Shown one piece after another: positions 1-11,661 of a stretch of 63,098 bases of DNA. The position numbers and the translations under genes were made by a program. Position 1 is the stretch's first letter, and every line of letters starts with the position of its first letter. The stretch is from Folioceros fuciformis (lineage: Eukaryota): the NCBI GenBank assembly GCA_049999805.1, contig JBNGIO010005370.1, positions 1-63,098 on the forward strand, in the 5' to 3' direction. The notes under the pieces were generated by a model, which saw nothing but the letters and a program-made list of their open reading frames with translations, was not told where the DNA came from and searched no databases.

Positions 1-181
1 TGGGAATGGGTTCTTATCAACCTTGTTAAGGACCGGAACTAGTTAAAAAAATGCTAAGTATTTTCGGACTCTTGTGGATAGAAATGTGATAACAAATGTT
101 TCGTATATTCTGTATGTGGTGTTTTGTGATTTTTGGAGATTTAAATATGTGATATAATATTTTATTGTAATCTATGGATCC

Positions 182-479
182 TTTAGGGTTTAGGGATAGG
201 GTTTAGGTGTCAGCTCTCCGACAGGCCGAGATCGCGAAGATGGCGACCATGGCCAGACTTCCGGAGCTCCAGCCTATCGCGTCCACTGGAGGAAGAGCAG
301 GAGTTATGTATTAGATGGTTTCCGGGTTCTTCGTTCTCACCAATCAGGGACTAGGGTTTGCCTTGCTGACCATATACAGTACGTGGAAATGTTGCCAAAG
401 AAAGGTTAGATACAGACATATCCGGGGAGGCAAGCCCTAGCCAGTGATTGATGGTTAGGGAAAAAGGCGTAAACCCTAT
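182..479. promoter_or_regulatory. Telo-box-like motifs upstream of RPL39
   Basis: TTTAGGG/TAGGGTTT at ~182-207 and ~352-359, AAACCCTA at ~471-478. Telo-boxes are known in plant ribosomal protein promoters. Confidence 0.6.
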
Positions 480-581
480 CAGCTGATATTGGAGAGGACT
501 CTGCACTGAGGGTTCTTTCGCACGCTCGTTTCCCTGCGATCTCGTTGTTGCGTTCCTGGCGAGCAGGCGTAGTGAGCCACC

Positions 582-1260
582 ATGGTATGCTCGCGCACTT
601 CGGCGTGTGTTTGTGGTTTCTGATGGTTGTTCTGCTGTCGTTTGCTGTAGCACGCCTGTTGTTTGACGGCAGGTGCTGAGCGTGATGGGGTGGGCGTTTG
701 ATGGTGCTTTGTGTGGTTGGAGTCCTGACGCACGTCCTTGCTGTGCAGCCTTCCCAAAAGACGTTCCGCATCAAGAAGAAGCTGGCCAAGAAGATGAAAC
801 AGAACAGGCCTATACCTCACTGGATCCGCATGAGGACGGATAATACGATTAGGTAGTGTGTCTACTCCTGCTTCCCTTGTCATGGCGTAGAGGAGGCGGT
901 AGCCCATCCTGTTCTGCTTGTCACTTATTCTAGGGCGTGTGCTCGTGGATGCTGTTGTGACAGTCGTAGGCACAAGTCTGGGGTTTGTGTGTTGTGTGCA
1001 CCAGAGGGCTTTGCGCAGGCGCTGATTGTTAGGGTTTCTCGTGTCTTGGCCTATGTGGAAATTGGTAGGGTTGTTCGAGTCATTTGTTTTCCTCGTGAGC
1101 CTGGTTCCTGTTGTCTTCTCTACGTGTGTCGCGCAGCTGCCCCTCTTGGGTTTTGATCACGACTTTGGCGTCTGATCTCTCGTAAGTTGAAACTTGGACT
1201 TGTGGCTACAGGTACAATGCCAAGAGGAGGCACTGGAGGAGAACCAAGCTTGGTCTGTAG
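582..1260 (+). CDS. RPL39: 60S ribosomal protein L39, 51 aa, 3 exons
   Basis: Exons 582-584, 749-852 and 1212-1260 with GT-AG introns give [51 protein letters not shown]. Confidence 0.98.
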
Positions 1261-2374
1261 GCCAAGAGCCATGTAATAGGAACATGGCGCCCGAGAGTCG
1301 TATTCCAGCAGGGATGTCCCTGCAAAGCGGAATAGTTTTGTCCTGTGTGATTTAACGAGTGGTCTCCGACACTGAAACATTGTTTATCGTCTGGAAGGAT
1401 ACTTCCATGCCTAGCTCAATTGTTGCTTCATGAATGATACAATCTGACGGCTTCTTTTCATGTAGAGTCAATTGGTTCGAAGCTGAGCGAACCTGCGGAG
1501 GTTGCCTGTGCGTGTTGGTAACATCGTCTTACACTTACGTCACGCTTTCAGTCTGCCGGTGTGGCCCTTGTCCCTCATCAAACGACACTCCTTTTGATTT
1601 GCAAGCGTTATTAGCCGGACGTTGCAAACGTACGCTTCAGTGCGGCGTGGCAGAGAGCGTGGGGATGCGTCAGTGCACTGCTCCCTACGCGGATGAAGCG
1701 TACAGTCGGGTTGCTCCAGTGCACGGCACGCAGTACTGCATATTATCGCTTGGTGGATGCGTTTCACGTGGGACGTGACCCCGCGCTTACGTGACGATGA
1801 ACCTGCCCTTTAGGCCTCGATGCGATGCATGCAGCGTGCTCAGAAGAGAAAGGGGCCCGGCTTCAGGGCTGGTGGCGATGGCGGCTTCCAGAGGTGATGA
1901 ATCCGCAGCAGCTCGTACGGGCGGTGCCGACATGCGCAGTTATGTTGAAGGTGCGGGTTGGTGGAGTATGGTGGCGGGCACCACTCGCCACTTACTGCAC
2001 GGGCCTTGGCCATCACGCGCGCCTGCTAGCTGCACTACTGTCCACGAGCGGGAGCACGCCGGGCGGCAGCGGCGACAGCCAGGACTGGAAGAGAAAATGG
2101 TGCAGCCGGAAGGATTGCTGGCCAGTTTGTGATTTGCTGACCAGTTGTGACTTACAGGTAACCTTTTCGGACAATCTTCTAGTTCATACATGCTGTTTCA
2201 AAGTCCAGTCGGACTGCGTGTTGTGTGCGTCAGTTGGAAGAGCAGTCTGCGTCAAGTTGCAAGAACTTCAAGATATAGCCACGAGGGGAATTGAAATCGG
2301 AGACTTCTGTCATTTCTGACTGTGATCGATGCAGGGAAGGAAGGCAAATCCCTGTTTGAGGAGGAAGAGACCGG

Positions 2375-3712
2375 ATGGAAGAACAGATCCAGGAGTGGCC
2401 ACCTTACCTGCTGCTGCACACGCTGGTTGGAGGCTTCGAAGGGAGGCTATGCTCCGGGAGCCTCCGCATGGACGCCGCGCTGTGGAGGAAGCTGCCGGAA
2501 GGAGTGTTGGATCGGGTGTTGCTCCTGCTGCCGCCTCTTAGCAAGTTCCGGTTCCGGTGCGTGTCCAAGAGATGGCGAACTCTTCTCTCCTCTCCGGACG
2601 TCCTGCTTGCCAAGACTGGGAGTAGGTTGGGGGGCTCTTTTCCACACATATGCGCGGTGGAGGTGCGGTGGCCGATCCACCATCCGCAGCATCCTCTGCT
2701 GCAGCGGGAGCAGCAGGTGGTAGAAATGGCGAGCTCCTCCGGCAGGAATGTGGTGCATCATATGGATCTCTCCTTCCTGCCGACCAAGTTCGGCAGCAGT
2801 TCCGGGAGGCGGCCGTACGTGAAGTCGCATGACGGGCTCGTGTGCGTCGTGGCCGGCTCTCCGAACGAGGCCTTCCTGCACGAAGTGGCCATCTGCGTGC
2901 TTAATCCAATGAACAGGACGTGGAGGGAGTTGCCACAGATCACACTGGCGGATGGCATGTTACCGCAAGGCCGGGGCTGGTTGCTGCATCTTGTGGCAGG
3001 GCGAGCGGGTGCAGGGGACAAGGCCACCTTCAAGGTGGTGTTCGTCTCCGACTGGGACTCCGTCCACAGGGTGTCCACTGCCGGGGTCTTCTCCTCTGAT
3101 CACAACTCGTGGAGTGTGACGACCATTGCGTGGGTGCACCGGCGCCCCGGCGACATCCCCAACATCTCCTTCTGCGACGAGGTCCTGTACAGCTTGGGGG
3201 CCGGGGAGAGGCTGACGCTGTACAGCATCGACGGGAACAGGGTCACGCTGCAGTCCGCGTCCCACCCGTCTGCTACTGCACCGCTGCAGAACCTTCGCCT
3301 GGTGAAGCACGGGCAGGACCTGTATGCTGTCGTGCTTTCCTTCTGTGTGTGGGAGTTCTCGCAGATGTCATGTGCGATCTGGAAGCTGGAGCAGCAAGGG
3401 ATGGGCTGGGACAAGGTTGCAATTCTGCTCAACGAGGGGGAAAGGCTCTACGAAATAGAGATATCCGTAGGTGCTCGCGGCCACGATACTTGTGCGGTGC
3501 TCAACAGTGTTAGTGTGGTGGATGACCACATTTGCGTCTTCTTCATAATTAGGAGGACTCTCTCAGACGATCTCAGGGAACCTCCGAAGCTTATTTGTTT
3601 CCGCATCCTGGACCCCCTGCAGGTTGCTCTCGACATCGATGAGGCTGTAGTTGCCTCACTTCGAGATGTCCCCATCCAGTTGTTCACACCCAGATGTGAT
3701 CTCTTTGTATGA
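2375..3712 (+). CDS. Intronless F-box protein with a beta-propeller-like C-terminus
   Basis: 445-aa ORF with F-box motif LWRKLPEGVLDRVLLLLP...FRCVSKRWRTL and later HDGLVCV...VLNPMNRTWRELP. True start may be the later MDAALW. Confidence 0.85.
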   Translation: MEEQIQEWPPYLLLHTLVGGFEGRLCSGSLRMDAALWRKLPEGVLDRVLLLLPPLSKFRFRCVSKRWRTLLSSPDVLLAKTGSRLGGSFPHICAVEVRWPIHHPQHPLLQREQQVVEMASSSGRNVVHHMDLSFLPTKFGSSSGRRPYVKSHDGLVCVVAGSPNEAFLHEVAICVLNPMNRTWRELPQITLADGMLPQGRGWLLHLVAGRAGAGDKATFKVVFVSDWDSVHRVSTAGVFSSDHNSWSVTTIAWVHRRPGDIPNISFCDEVLYSLGAGERLTLYSIDGNRVTLQSASHPSATAPLQNLRLVKHGQDLYAVVLSFCVWEFSQMSCAIWKLEQQGMGWDKVAILLNEGERLYEIEISVGARGHDTCAVLNSVSVVDDHICVFFIIRRTLSDDLREPPKLICFRILDPLQVALDIDEAVVASLRDVPIQLFTPRCDLFV

Positions 3713-4346
3713 GGGGCCCGAGCCCTCCGTGAAGAAAGGAGCAGCCACAGCTAGTCCAGACTCGGGCATGCGGGTTCTGCTGTGCTGATCACTGCCAGTC
3801 CCAGACGCTAATTATAAAGTGAGCAGCTCGCATACAGTATATGACACATGTCGTTCTGACAAGCAAAGACTGGGCACCATCTTGGTGTGTCATTTATGCA
3901 ATCCTGTCCAGACTCCGGCAAACGCACGCGCCGTTCTACTTGCGTGCCGCTTGCTTTATCAGACGTCATCCAGGTACAGGAGACAGCCTGACAGGAACCG
4001 AAATTCGAGGAAGCATTTTGAAACGCATGCGTTTTTGCAACTACGACAGCCGGTAGCCAATCGACTTATGCCGATGAACACTACAAGCTTGTACGATATT
4101 CCATTTGCAATTCAATGTGCATGTGTCCGCATCCAATTTCGATTCTGTTCGAGAATGAAGAAAATGGCAGCCACCAATGCCCTATCGAAGCAGGGCACTT
4201 CGTGGCAATTCCTGCATCTAACTGGGACATAGAAAATTGTTTTCCCAGCAGCTGAAGACGAAGCCTTTGCTTGCTGGGTGCAACTGCCACCACTATTATA
4301 TGCTCCTATGACGTAGTGTATGCGGAAGAACGAATGGGCATCCTCC

Positions 4347-5839
4347 CTAGATGGATGAGTCTAGTCCAGGTTCCACGAACAGGCCCCTGATCGAGAACCG
4401 TTGCGAGTAGAAGCTGAGAGGACAGCAAGGAAGCCATCGCCAGGCAGCAGGGGTCCTGGAGAGGTCACAGACCACCACCTGGCACACATTTGAATCAAGA
4501 ATGAGGAACCTGTTCCAACAGGCCGTGGGTCCACCATCCCACCTGCATCTCGATTGGGTAAGAATAGAATTTAGGACTTGTAGCAAAACCTCACCTGGGT
4601 GTGCGAGTCTATGAAGAAGTAGACCAGCCCTTTCTTTCCAGCACACTTCACATCTGCGGGGGCCTTCTCCTTGAAGAACTTTTTGAAGAAGCTGTCTGGC
4701 ATGCAGGTTATCTCTACCCACTGACTGCCCCTGCACAGCTCCCACAGCACAATCTTGTTGCACGTCCGGAGACTGCCCAGCCCTCCAGCCAGCACCAGCC
4801 GGCCCTCGCGCTGGAGGAGGAAGGATGCGGACATGTGATCCGGCTGCGGCAGCTGGAGCTCCGACCATTCACCCAGCTGCAGAGAGTAGGCCATGATGTT
4901 GCAGGGACGGGAGGAAGTGAGGCAGTACAGGGTGCTGCCGCAGGACACCGTCTTGGAGGTCCATACTGTGACCTTGATAGTGTAGTCCCGAGGCAGGTTC
5001 CCCGTGATGCTCCAAGAATCTGTGCTCGAGTCGTAGACTTCGGTGGTGCACTCGTAGTCTGTGTATGTGTTGCTGCCCGCTGCTGCCGATGCCCCTCCTG
5101 CTACCACTATCTTGAAGCTCCCGGAGGCGGCATCCTGGACTGCACCCACCATGCAGTTGAACCGCTTCCGGATCATGCAGGGCAATTCCCGCCATGTCCC
5201 GGTGAAGGGGTTGCAGATGCACAGGATGCCCACCTTCCTCTGCCCTCCCCGAATTAGCAGGCACCCTCCCACTGCGGTGACAGGGAATCGCATATAGGGA
5301 GGCAGGAAGTTGAGAGGGACGGAGTACCACCTGTTGCGGGTGGGGTTGTATGCGCACGAGTTCTCCGGGCAGTTGAAGGCGGAGCAGAGGAAGAGCCAGG
5401 GGAGCTCCCGGGACGGCACACAGGAAAAGCTTTCCAGAAAGCTGGAGGACTGGATTACAGATCTCCAACCCTTGCACACAGTCCGGAAGCGGAGCAGGCT
5501 TGAAACTGGAAGGTGTATCAGGATCTTGGCCACCAGCTCCGGTGGAAGATGGCTCCAAATTCCCGCCTCCATCTCCACCTGTTCTTGGAAAATTTCTGGG
5601 CTCTTCATGATGCTGCCAACCTGCAAGCTGAACGTGAGCTTCACCAAATGGCTAGAGGGAGCCGTGTCCAGTGCAGTGGTCATGTCCGCTTGGGTCGCTG
5701 ATGACCTCCTCGCCGAGCTGCTCCTGCTCTTGCAGGATGTTGGTGAGGAAACGCTTTTGCAGAGCTGATGCTGCTTCCTGTACAGCATCACCCGCATCTT
5801 TTCCACCGGCGAAACATTTCTCCGGTGCTGGCTGCTCAT
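4347..5839 (-). CDS. F-box/kelch-repeat protein, 2 exons
   Basis: F-box IWSHLPPELVAKILIHLP...FRTVCKGW; kelch-like CNPFTGTWRELP and EVYDSSTDSW. GT-AG intron 4594-4479 joins last exon 4478-4347 (VVVCDLS...EPGLDSSI*). Confidence 0.9.
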
Positions 5840-6551
5840 CGTTCTGCGCTACTCCCAGCACCGCCTGCATCTCTTCTGTCAAGCCAACATCTCAAACCCG
5901 TCAACAAAGCTCTAACACAGAGGTCAGCTCCTAGAGGACGCAAGCCACTAACCAGCACCTTCAACAAATTCCACAGCCTGCTCGGAGATTGATGCATTCC
6001 TGCCACGCAAAATCTTCAGCTCCAGCGCTCACGGTCACCTCCAACCAATTAAAACCGGCTTCAGCTCGAAACGAGAATTTTTGGGGGCACCGCCGGGCCA
6101 GCCAACGGGATCAACGCCGCAGCCAGTTGAAATTCTACAGGCTCCAGGAAAAAGGGGAGTGTGGCTGGCAGCTATGGGAAAAAGGATCGCTATTTGCTCA
6201 TTTACTTACAGAAGTCTAAACGCTTGAAAACAGTTGCTGCCAGAGCTGGGAGAGTGTACCGGCCGCCACCTGGCTCTCGGGGGTCGAAAAACGGAGCGCC
6301 AGGACAGTCAGGCCTGTAGCCCAGCCAATACCTACGCGTCGTGGATCCCAGCCATTTCAAGAAGCGCCTACTGGGACAGACAGACGTTGTGGAGCTTCCA
6401 GGCCCAAGAGATCTCCATCATCGTGGGCGGCAACAGCATGATGCGCGGCCACATGCAGTTTTTAACTCATAAACCACATGCTTCACGGCCATCATTTTGT
6501 CATGGCCTGCTGACGCGTGAGAACATGAGTGCCAGCCAGCATCTCCACAAC

Positions 6552-6898
6552 ACGACTTCAAGTTTCCGTTTAAGACGTGCCTGCTCCTTAAAAAGGTTGA
6601 GACATGAGTGTGAAGCGAGACACCACGACCGGAGGGACACACTCTTATTATGCAAGGTAAGATTTGTTTCACCCATCTTCCTAAACAATGCAGTCATGTC
6701 ACAGAAACAGCTACACCCGAGGTAACGACGACAGGCGTCCACGACTTCAAGTTCCGTTGGAGAAGTGGTTGTTCCTCACACAGATTGAGACGCATGTGTG
6801 AGACGATACACAATCACCACAGGGACACGCTCTTGGTACGCGGGGGTAAGATTTGTTTCACCCATCTTTGTAAGCCATTATTACATCCCGAGGTAACG
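6552..6898. repeat. Diverged direct duplication, ~188-bp period
   Basis: CACGACTTCAAG...GGTAAGATTTGTTTCACCCATCTT...CCCGAGGTAACG at ~6552-6727 and ~6740-6898. Confidence 0.8.
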
Positions 6899-6968
6899 TT
6901 CACGAGCCAACAACCGGGTAGACATTGTGATGGGCAGCAAATGACATTTATGCGAGCCTTTCAGGGAT

Positions 6969-8653
6969 TTAGATGGTGACGAGTTCAGGAGTGTCGGCGT
7001 GCTGGTAGGTTCTGGTCAGGAGTTCCCCTGAGTATCTTGTGCCCTTGACCTCGCTGGGGGGTACTGCTGCTGCAATCTCTTCCAGCTCGGCGTCAGTAAG
7101 CTTCACACTTAATGAACCGATGTTTTCCACCAGATTCGGAAGCCTTGAGGTTCCTGCAGCAGGAAGGTTTTTTGCTGGTAATGCTCTTTGGAAGCCATTT
7201 TGGAATACTATCGCTTCACGTCTGCTGCACCGGAGAAAGAGCAGCATAGACCAGAAAGCACATGTGTGGAACGGGCAGTGGACAGGCTTACCTGGGATGG
7301 GGACAACATCCAGTCCTTGATGAGACACCCAGGCCAGTGCAAGCTGCCCAGGGCTGCAAGCGTGTTTCTGAGCCAGAGCTGTTATGCGGGTGAAGATAGT
7401 CTTGTGGTGGTCCAGATTGTCTGGGGTAAACCTGGGGCTGCCCACCTGCGTTTCACCAGTCAGTGGGGTAAGGTTAGGGATACAGTGATCTGAACAAACC
7501 TGCTTGATTTTAGAAATCATGGGGAGTAGGTACCAGTCGTGTTTCCAGTTCCTTGAACACTTTTCCCGAGAAAAAACCTCGTCCCAATGGGCTGTATGCT
7601 ACTATCCCAATCCCCAGTTCTCTGTAGGAAGAACCAAGTGCTGGTGATGTTATCCTATGCGGAAGCAGACGAGTAAACACAACAGTAATCTGCTGGAAAG
7701 TCTCCTACCTGCAGGTGGGAATGATCTCTTCCTCAACGTCCCTGGACCACAGAGAGAGTTCAAGCTGGACAGCAGTGATAGGATGCACAGCATGCGCTCT
7801 TCTTATCGTCTTCGCACTTGCTTCAGACAGGCCAAGGTACTTCACTTTGCTTTCCTCCACAAGCTTCTTCATCTCGCCAACCTGAAGCACGACAGCTGAG
7901 TGAGTAACAAAAATCCTGCACACCCATGGATCTCTTCCAATGACCCCATTTGGCTGCGAAGAGAAGATGCCACACGGTGTGGGATGTGTTACTACCGTTA
8001 TCTCAATGGGAACACTTGTATCCACACGGTGCTGATAGTACAGATCTATGTAATCCACTCCCAGCCTCTGCAGGCTCCCTTCACATGATTTTCGAACATA
8101 CTCTGGAGAGCCTTGGACAGACATCTTGCCATCCTCCCAGGATAAGGCGAACTTTGTTGCGATCTGAAGTGTTTCCCGAGGGAAGTCCTTCAACCCCTGA
8201 ACACACATTGTCCTTCCTTTAGCAGCACGTCCAGCTTCCGACACTTGAACGGCCCCGTCCCCTACAAGTAAACACCTGCTCACCTAACCTTACCTTACCT
8301 TACCCACAAGCACCTCATTCTGGTGCTTGCCGTAGACGTCAGCCGTGTCGAAGAAGGTAATGCCTCTCTTATATGCAGCATGCAGCACAGCAATGCCCTC
8401 GTCTTCTGTCATCGGTCCTCTGTACGCTGCACACAAACTCATGCATCCAAGTCCTAATGCTGATACCTGCAGACCCAGTTGGAGAAAACAAAGACCAGAT
8501 TGTGACATTCCATATTTCGATTTCAACAGCTCCTCCGGAAGACAATGCCAAAAACCTGGACAACCAAGAGCATGCCAAGAACCCACCAACCTCGAGACCT
8601 TGTGATCCGAGGGTGCGTCGGGGAAGAGGAGGAGGTGGGGCAGAGGCAGCCAT
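6969..8653 (-). CDS. Aldo-keto reductase (AKR13/perakine reductase-like), ~7 exons
   Basis: Exon pieces [11 protein letters not shown] / [11 protein letters not shown]...FFDTADVYG / IATKF...[10 protein letters not shown] / KYLGLSEAS...[13 protein letters not shown] / [15 protein letters not shown] / PGQLALAWV...VVPIPG / TSRLPNL. Confidence 0.95.
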
Positions 8654-10064
8654 GTCGTTGCGAAAAACACTATTTCACAGCTCGCAATGGGGATCAAGAC
8701 CAGCAACAACGCCGTGCAGATCCCAGCACCCGGTCGTGGAGAGAGTCCGTTCTCATGAATATTCCTGTCCAATTTCTGACAATGTGAAAGGAGAACCGGG
8801 CAACCGACAAATTATGTACATATGCACCTTTATCACGTCTGGAAAAAATAGCCAGAACAAATCCTTTTGTTTTAAAATCCTCTTAGAACGTGAGAACGTT
8901 GAGATGGAAGTCCTGTCTACCCGGGCCATGGGGAACAACCCAACAAGGGTTCTTGTTAGCCCTCATTGTCTAAGCTAAATCCATCCATGTTTTTGAAGAC
9001 ATCGCCCTTCAAGATAAGGAAGAGTACACTTTCCTTAAGCTCGTTTTAAGCATTTCTAGATATTATATTTGCCAATACATGAAGGTGTACTCGTGTTGTA
9101 TTTGCCAATATGGGTTGCATTGACATGGATATTCATTTGTAGAAGAGATTCCTTATATGGTAAGGAGATCAAAGTACCTCATTTTTGAGAACATGGTTTG
9201 CATATGGCTTAGGTTTTGCTCAATAACTTTGACTGGCTCATCTTGCTCTTGAGATCCACTTTGGACTAACCATCTTGTAGAGCTCAAAACACCCTTTAGT
9301 AGAGCTTAAAGAGTTTTATAAGAAGGTGTGAAAGAGTGGCTAATGGGCAGAACAGGACTAAGTGCCTTTGGAAGCTTGTCAACAATTTTCAAAAATAGAC
9401 TTGTGATCCAAACTTTGGCACTCCATGGCATTTGATACAAGCAGTTTTTAGCAAAGGCAAAAGGAAAATCCTTGTAGAACTTGAAGTGCGTACTTGAACT
9501 TGAAGTCCTTCAATGTGCGTAGTTGGGAAATGCAATGGTTGAAGCATAGCTAAATCCTAAAGTTAACAAGAAACAAATAATAAATCATGCACCATTAATG
9601 GTTCGGTTCACATCCTATTACACCTTAGTCTAGTGCACGTCTCGTTATGCCTTAGTACAGTGCCCACTATACATTGAACTTTTGGGGAAGGGGGCGAATG
9701 TGATGAGACTAATTGATTTAAATAGTTGAGTCAGCTAGTATTTGTGAGGTTCCATCATGCACGAAAATTGTGCTTTATTTTTAATATATTTTTATAATAT
9801 GAATTCTTATCATATATGATATTAAGAAACATATTTTATGATTTTTTAGAATGCAAAAATTATTTTAATAAATATTTTTTAACCTTTTTAGAAATATAGC
9901 TGTTCATGGGCATAAAGGGGAGTTGAAAACCATGCTACGCCTAAACTTCAGCTTGTTCATCCTCACGACCCAGCACAGCGCTTGGAGCAGCGCTTAGACG
10001 TTGAGCACGCTTCCTCACGCTCAGGAGGACAAGGACCAGCTCTACGCCAACACCAGGCACAGCC

Positions 10065-10217
10065 GCAGTCCATGCCAGGACAGAGATTTTCAGCCCATTC
10101 GCAGTCCATGCCAGGACAGAGATTTTCAGCCCATTCGCAGTCCATGCCAGAACAGAGATTGCCAGCCCATTGTCGCCAAGCTTTCACATTGTCGCCAAGC
10201 TTTCACATTGTCGCCAA
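10065..10217. repeat. Tandem repeats: 36-bp unit x3, then 19-bp unit x~2.5
   Basis: GCAGTCCATGCCAGGACAGAGATTTTCAGCCCATTC repeated, then CATTGTCGCCAAGCTTTCA repeated. Confidence 0.9.
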
Positions 10218-10941
10218 TCTGTGAAAGCTGCTGACCCATCTTAAGTTCAACGCGGGTATTAGTTGTCTTTCCTTGTATAACTGAAATTAGACGACCGGTT
10301 GCTGCCCACTCTTTAGAAGAAATTAGAAGCTGCCCATTGTTTCCCATTCCTTTCAACGTTGTTGTTGTTTAAACCTTGTGTTGGACGAAAAGTTTGGGAA
10401 AGGAATGGACGGAAAGTTTCCCACTATCTCTGCAAATGCTTCCTCGGTTTCAATCAAGACACGGGAGCTCCCTTCAGAGACAATGGAGCATTGAAGAGAC
10501 ACAAGAGCATGCTGTGGATGCAGCTCCTCCGGACTCTGCAACATGCAAACATCATTAAGAAACCACTGCAGTAGGAGAGATATGCCTTCAAGTCTTTTCA
10601 AGGCTCGGCGTCTCCCCAATCTGGCTGTTGGAGAGTGGTTGAACACCTCATTAACCTTTCCGGTCTAATGGCTCCACCTCTCAACAACTAGGTGTATTAC
10701 CGAATCAAGAACACACAAAAAAAACTACAGACTAAGTTATCACTGTTGTCCATGCTTCCTTGAGCAGACACGCGAGACATCCTAGATATTTACAAGGTCT
10801 GCAGACTTCTGTTGATGTGCTGTTCTTTCGGACTGTTAATCGTTTTGGCATTTTGCTTGTTGACCACCGGGACGCTTTTGCTGCAGAAGCATGCTACCTA
10901 CCTTCTTGCCACATTTCTTGTGAACGAAGGTAAGGAATCCA

Positions 10942-11661
10942 TCAGAGGTCTTCTGTGAAGGACCCAAGATGCTCGTCATCACTGGCCGCCGGAGCACGTG
11001 AGCTTCCATGCTTGACGCTCTTCCTGGCCGGACTTCCGTAGATATCACTGAACCAACACCTCAGGCCTACGAGGACCAGCTCCAGAAAGATCATGACCAC
11101 GAAGCACACCTTCCCAATGTCGAGTACAAAATCGGCAGAGTCGTAGGTGCTGGTCCGTTCCTTCACTCTTAGCTCGGTCAGGAGGGCGTCCGGGTAGACC
11201 ACCATAATGCAGAGACCCCACACCAGGGCAAAGATTGAGCCTAATATCGACAAAATGTCGAGGGTGTTGGTCCAATTTGAGTCCAAGTTGGAGATCCAGC
11301 CCTCGCCACCGAAGTTGCCTGCTACCAGAGGCCACAAAGCCCCTGCTGCGACAATCCAGACCAGCTTCAGTCTGCTGTGGACGGCTGTCCTGCCTTGAAA
11401 TTCTGCGATGAGACGGATAGTCGCTGCACAGAACAGGCTGGAGGCAATTAGAAGTCCCAGCACACACAGAGTCAAGTGACAGAAGCTGCATATGGCTCGG
11501 GCACGCTCGAGAAGAAGAAATTGCAAGGCCTTTCGAGGTCCTGACTGGATAGGGCGTCGTCTCCCTTGTTCCTTCTCTTCAACGCCCACTTCTCGCTCCG
11601 TGGGAATCCTGCAGTTTGCCATAGCTGAGTGTCGGACAGGGACGCGTGTGTGTCTCTGCAC
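10942..11661 (-). CDS. Hypothetical membrane protein with ~4 hydrophobic segments
   Basis: 239-aa ORF (track start is a non-ATG codon; first ATG MANCR at ~11622). No recognised motif. Confidence 0.45.
   Translation of the reverse strand: MQRHTRVPVRHSAMANCRIPTEREVGVEEKEQGRRRPIQSGPRKALQFLLLERARAICSFCHLTLCVLGLLIASSLFCAATIRLIAEFQGRTAVHSRLKLVWIVAAGALWPLVAGNFGGEGWISNLDSNWTNTLDILSILGSIFALVWGLCIMVVYPDALLTELRVKERTSTYDSADFVLDIGKVCFVVMIFLELVLVGLRCWFSDIYGSPARKSVKHGSSRAPAASDDEHLGSFTEDL

Noticed and set aside
182-207. True telomere or chromosome end
   Set aside because: Only about three degenerate units in a ribosomal protein promoter; better explained as telo-boxes.
8980-9900. AT-rich stretch as a possible DNA transposon relic
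   Set aside because: No terminal repeats, TSD or transposase motif could be identified by eye.
9963-10234. Repeat-containing short ORFs
   Set aside because: Explained by the 36-bp tandem repeat keeping frames open.
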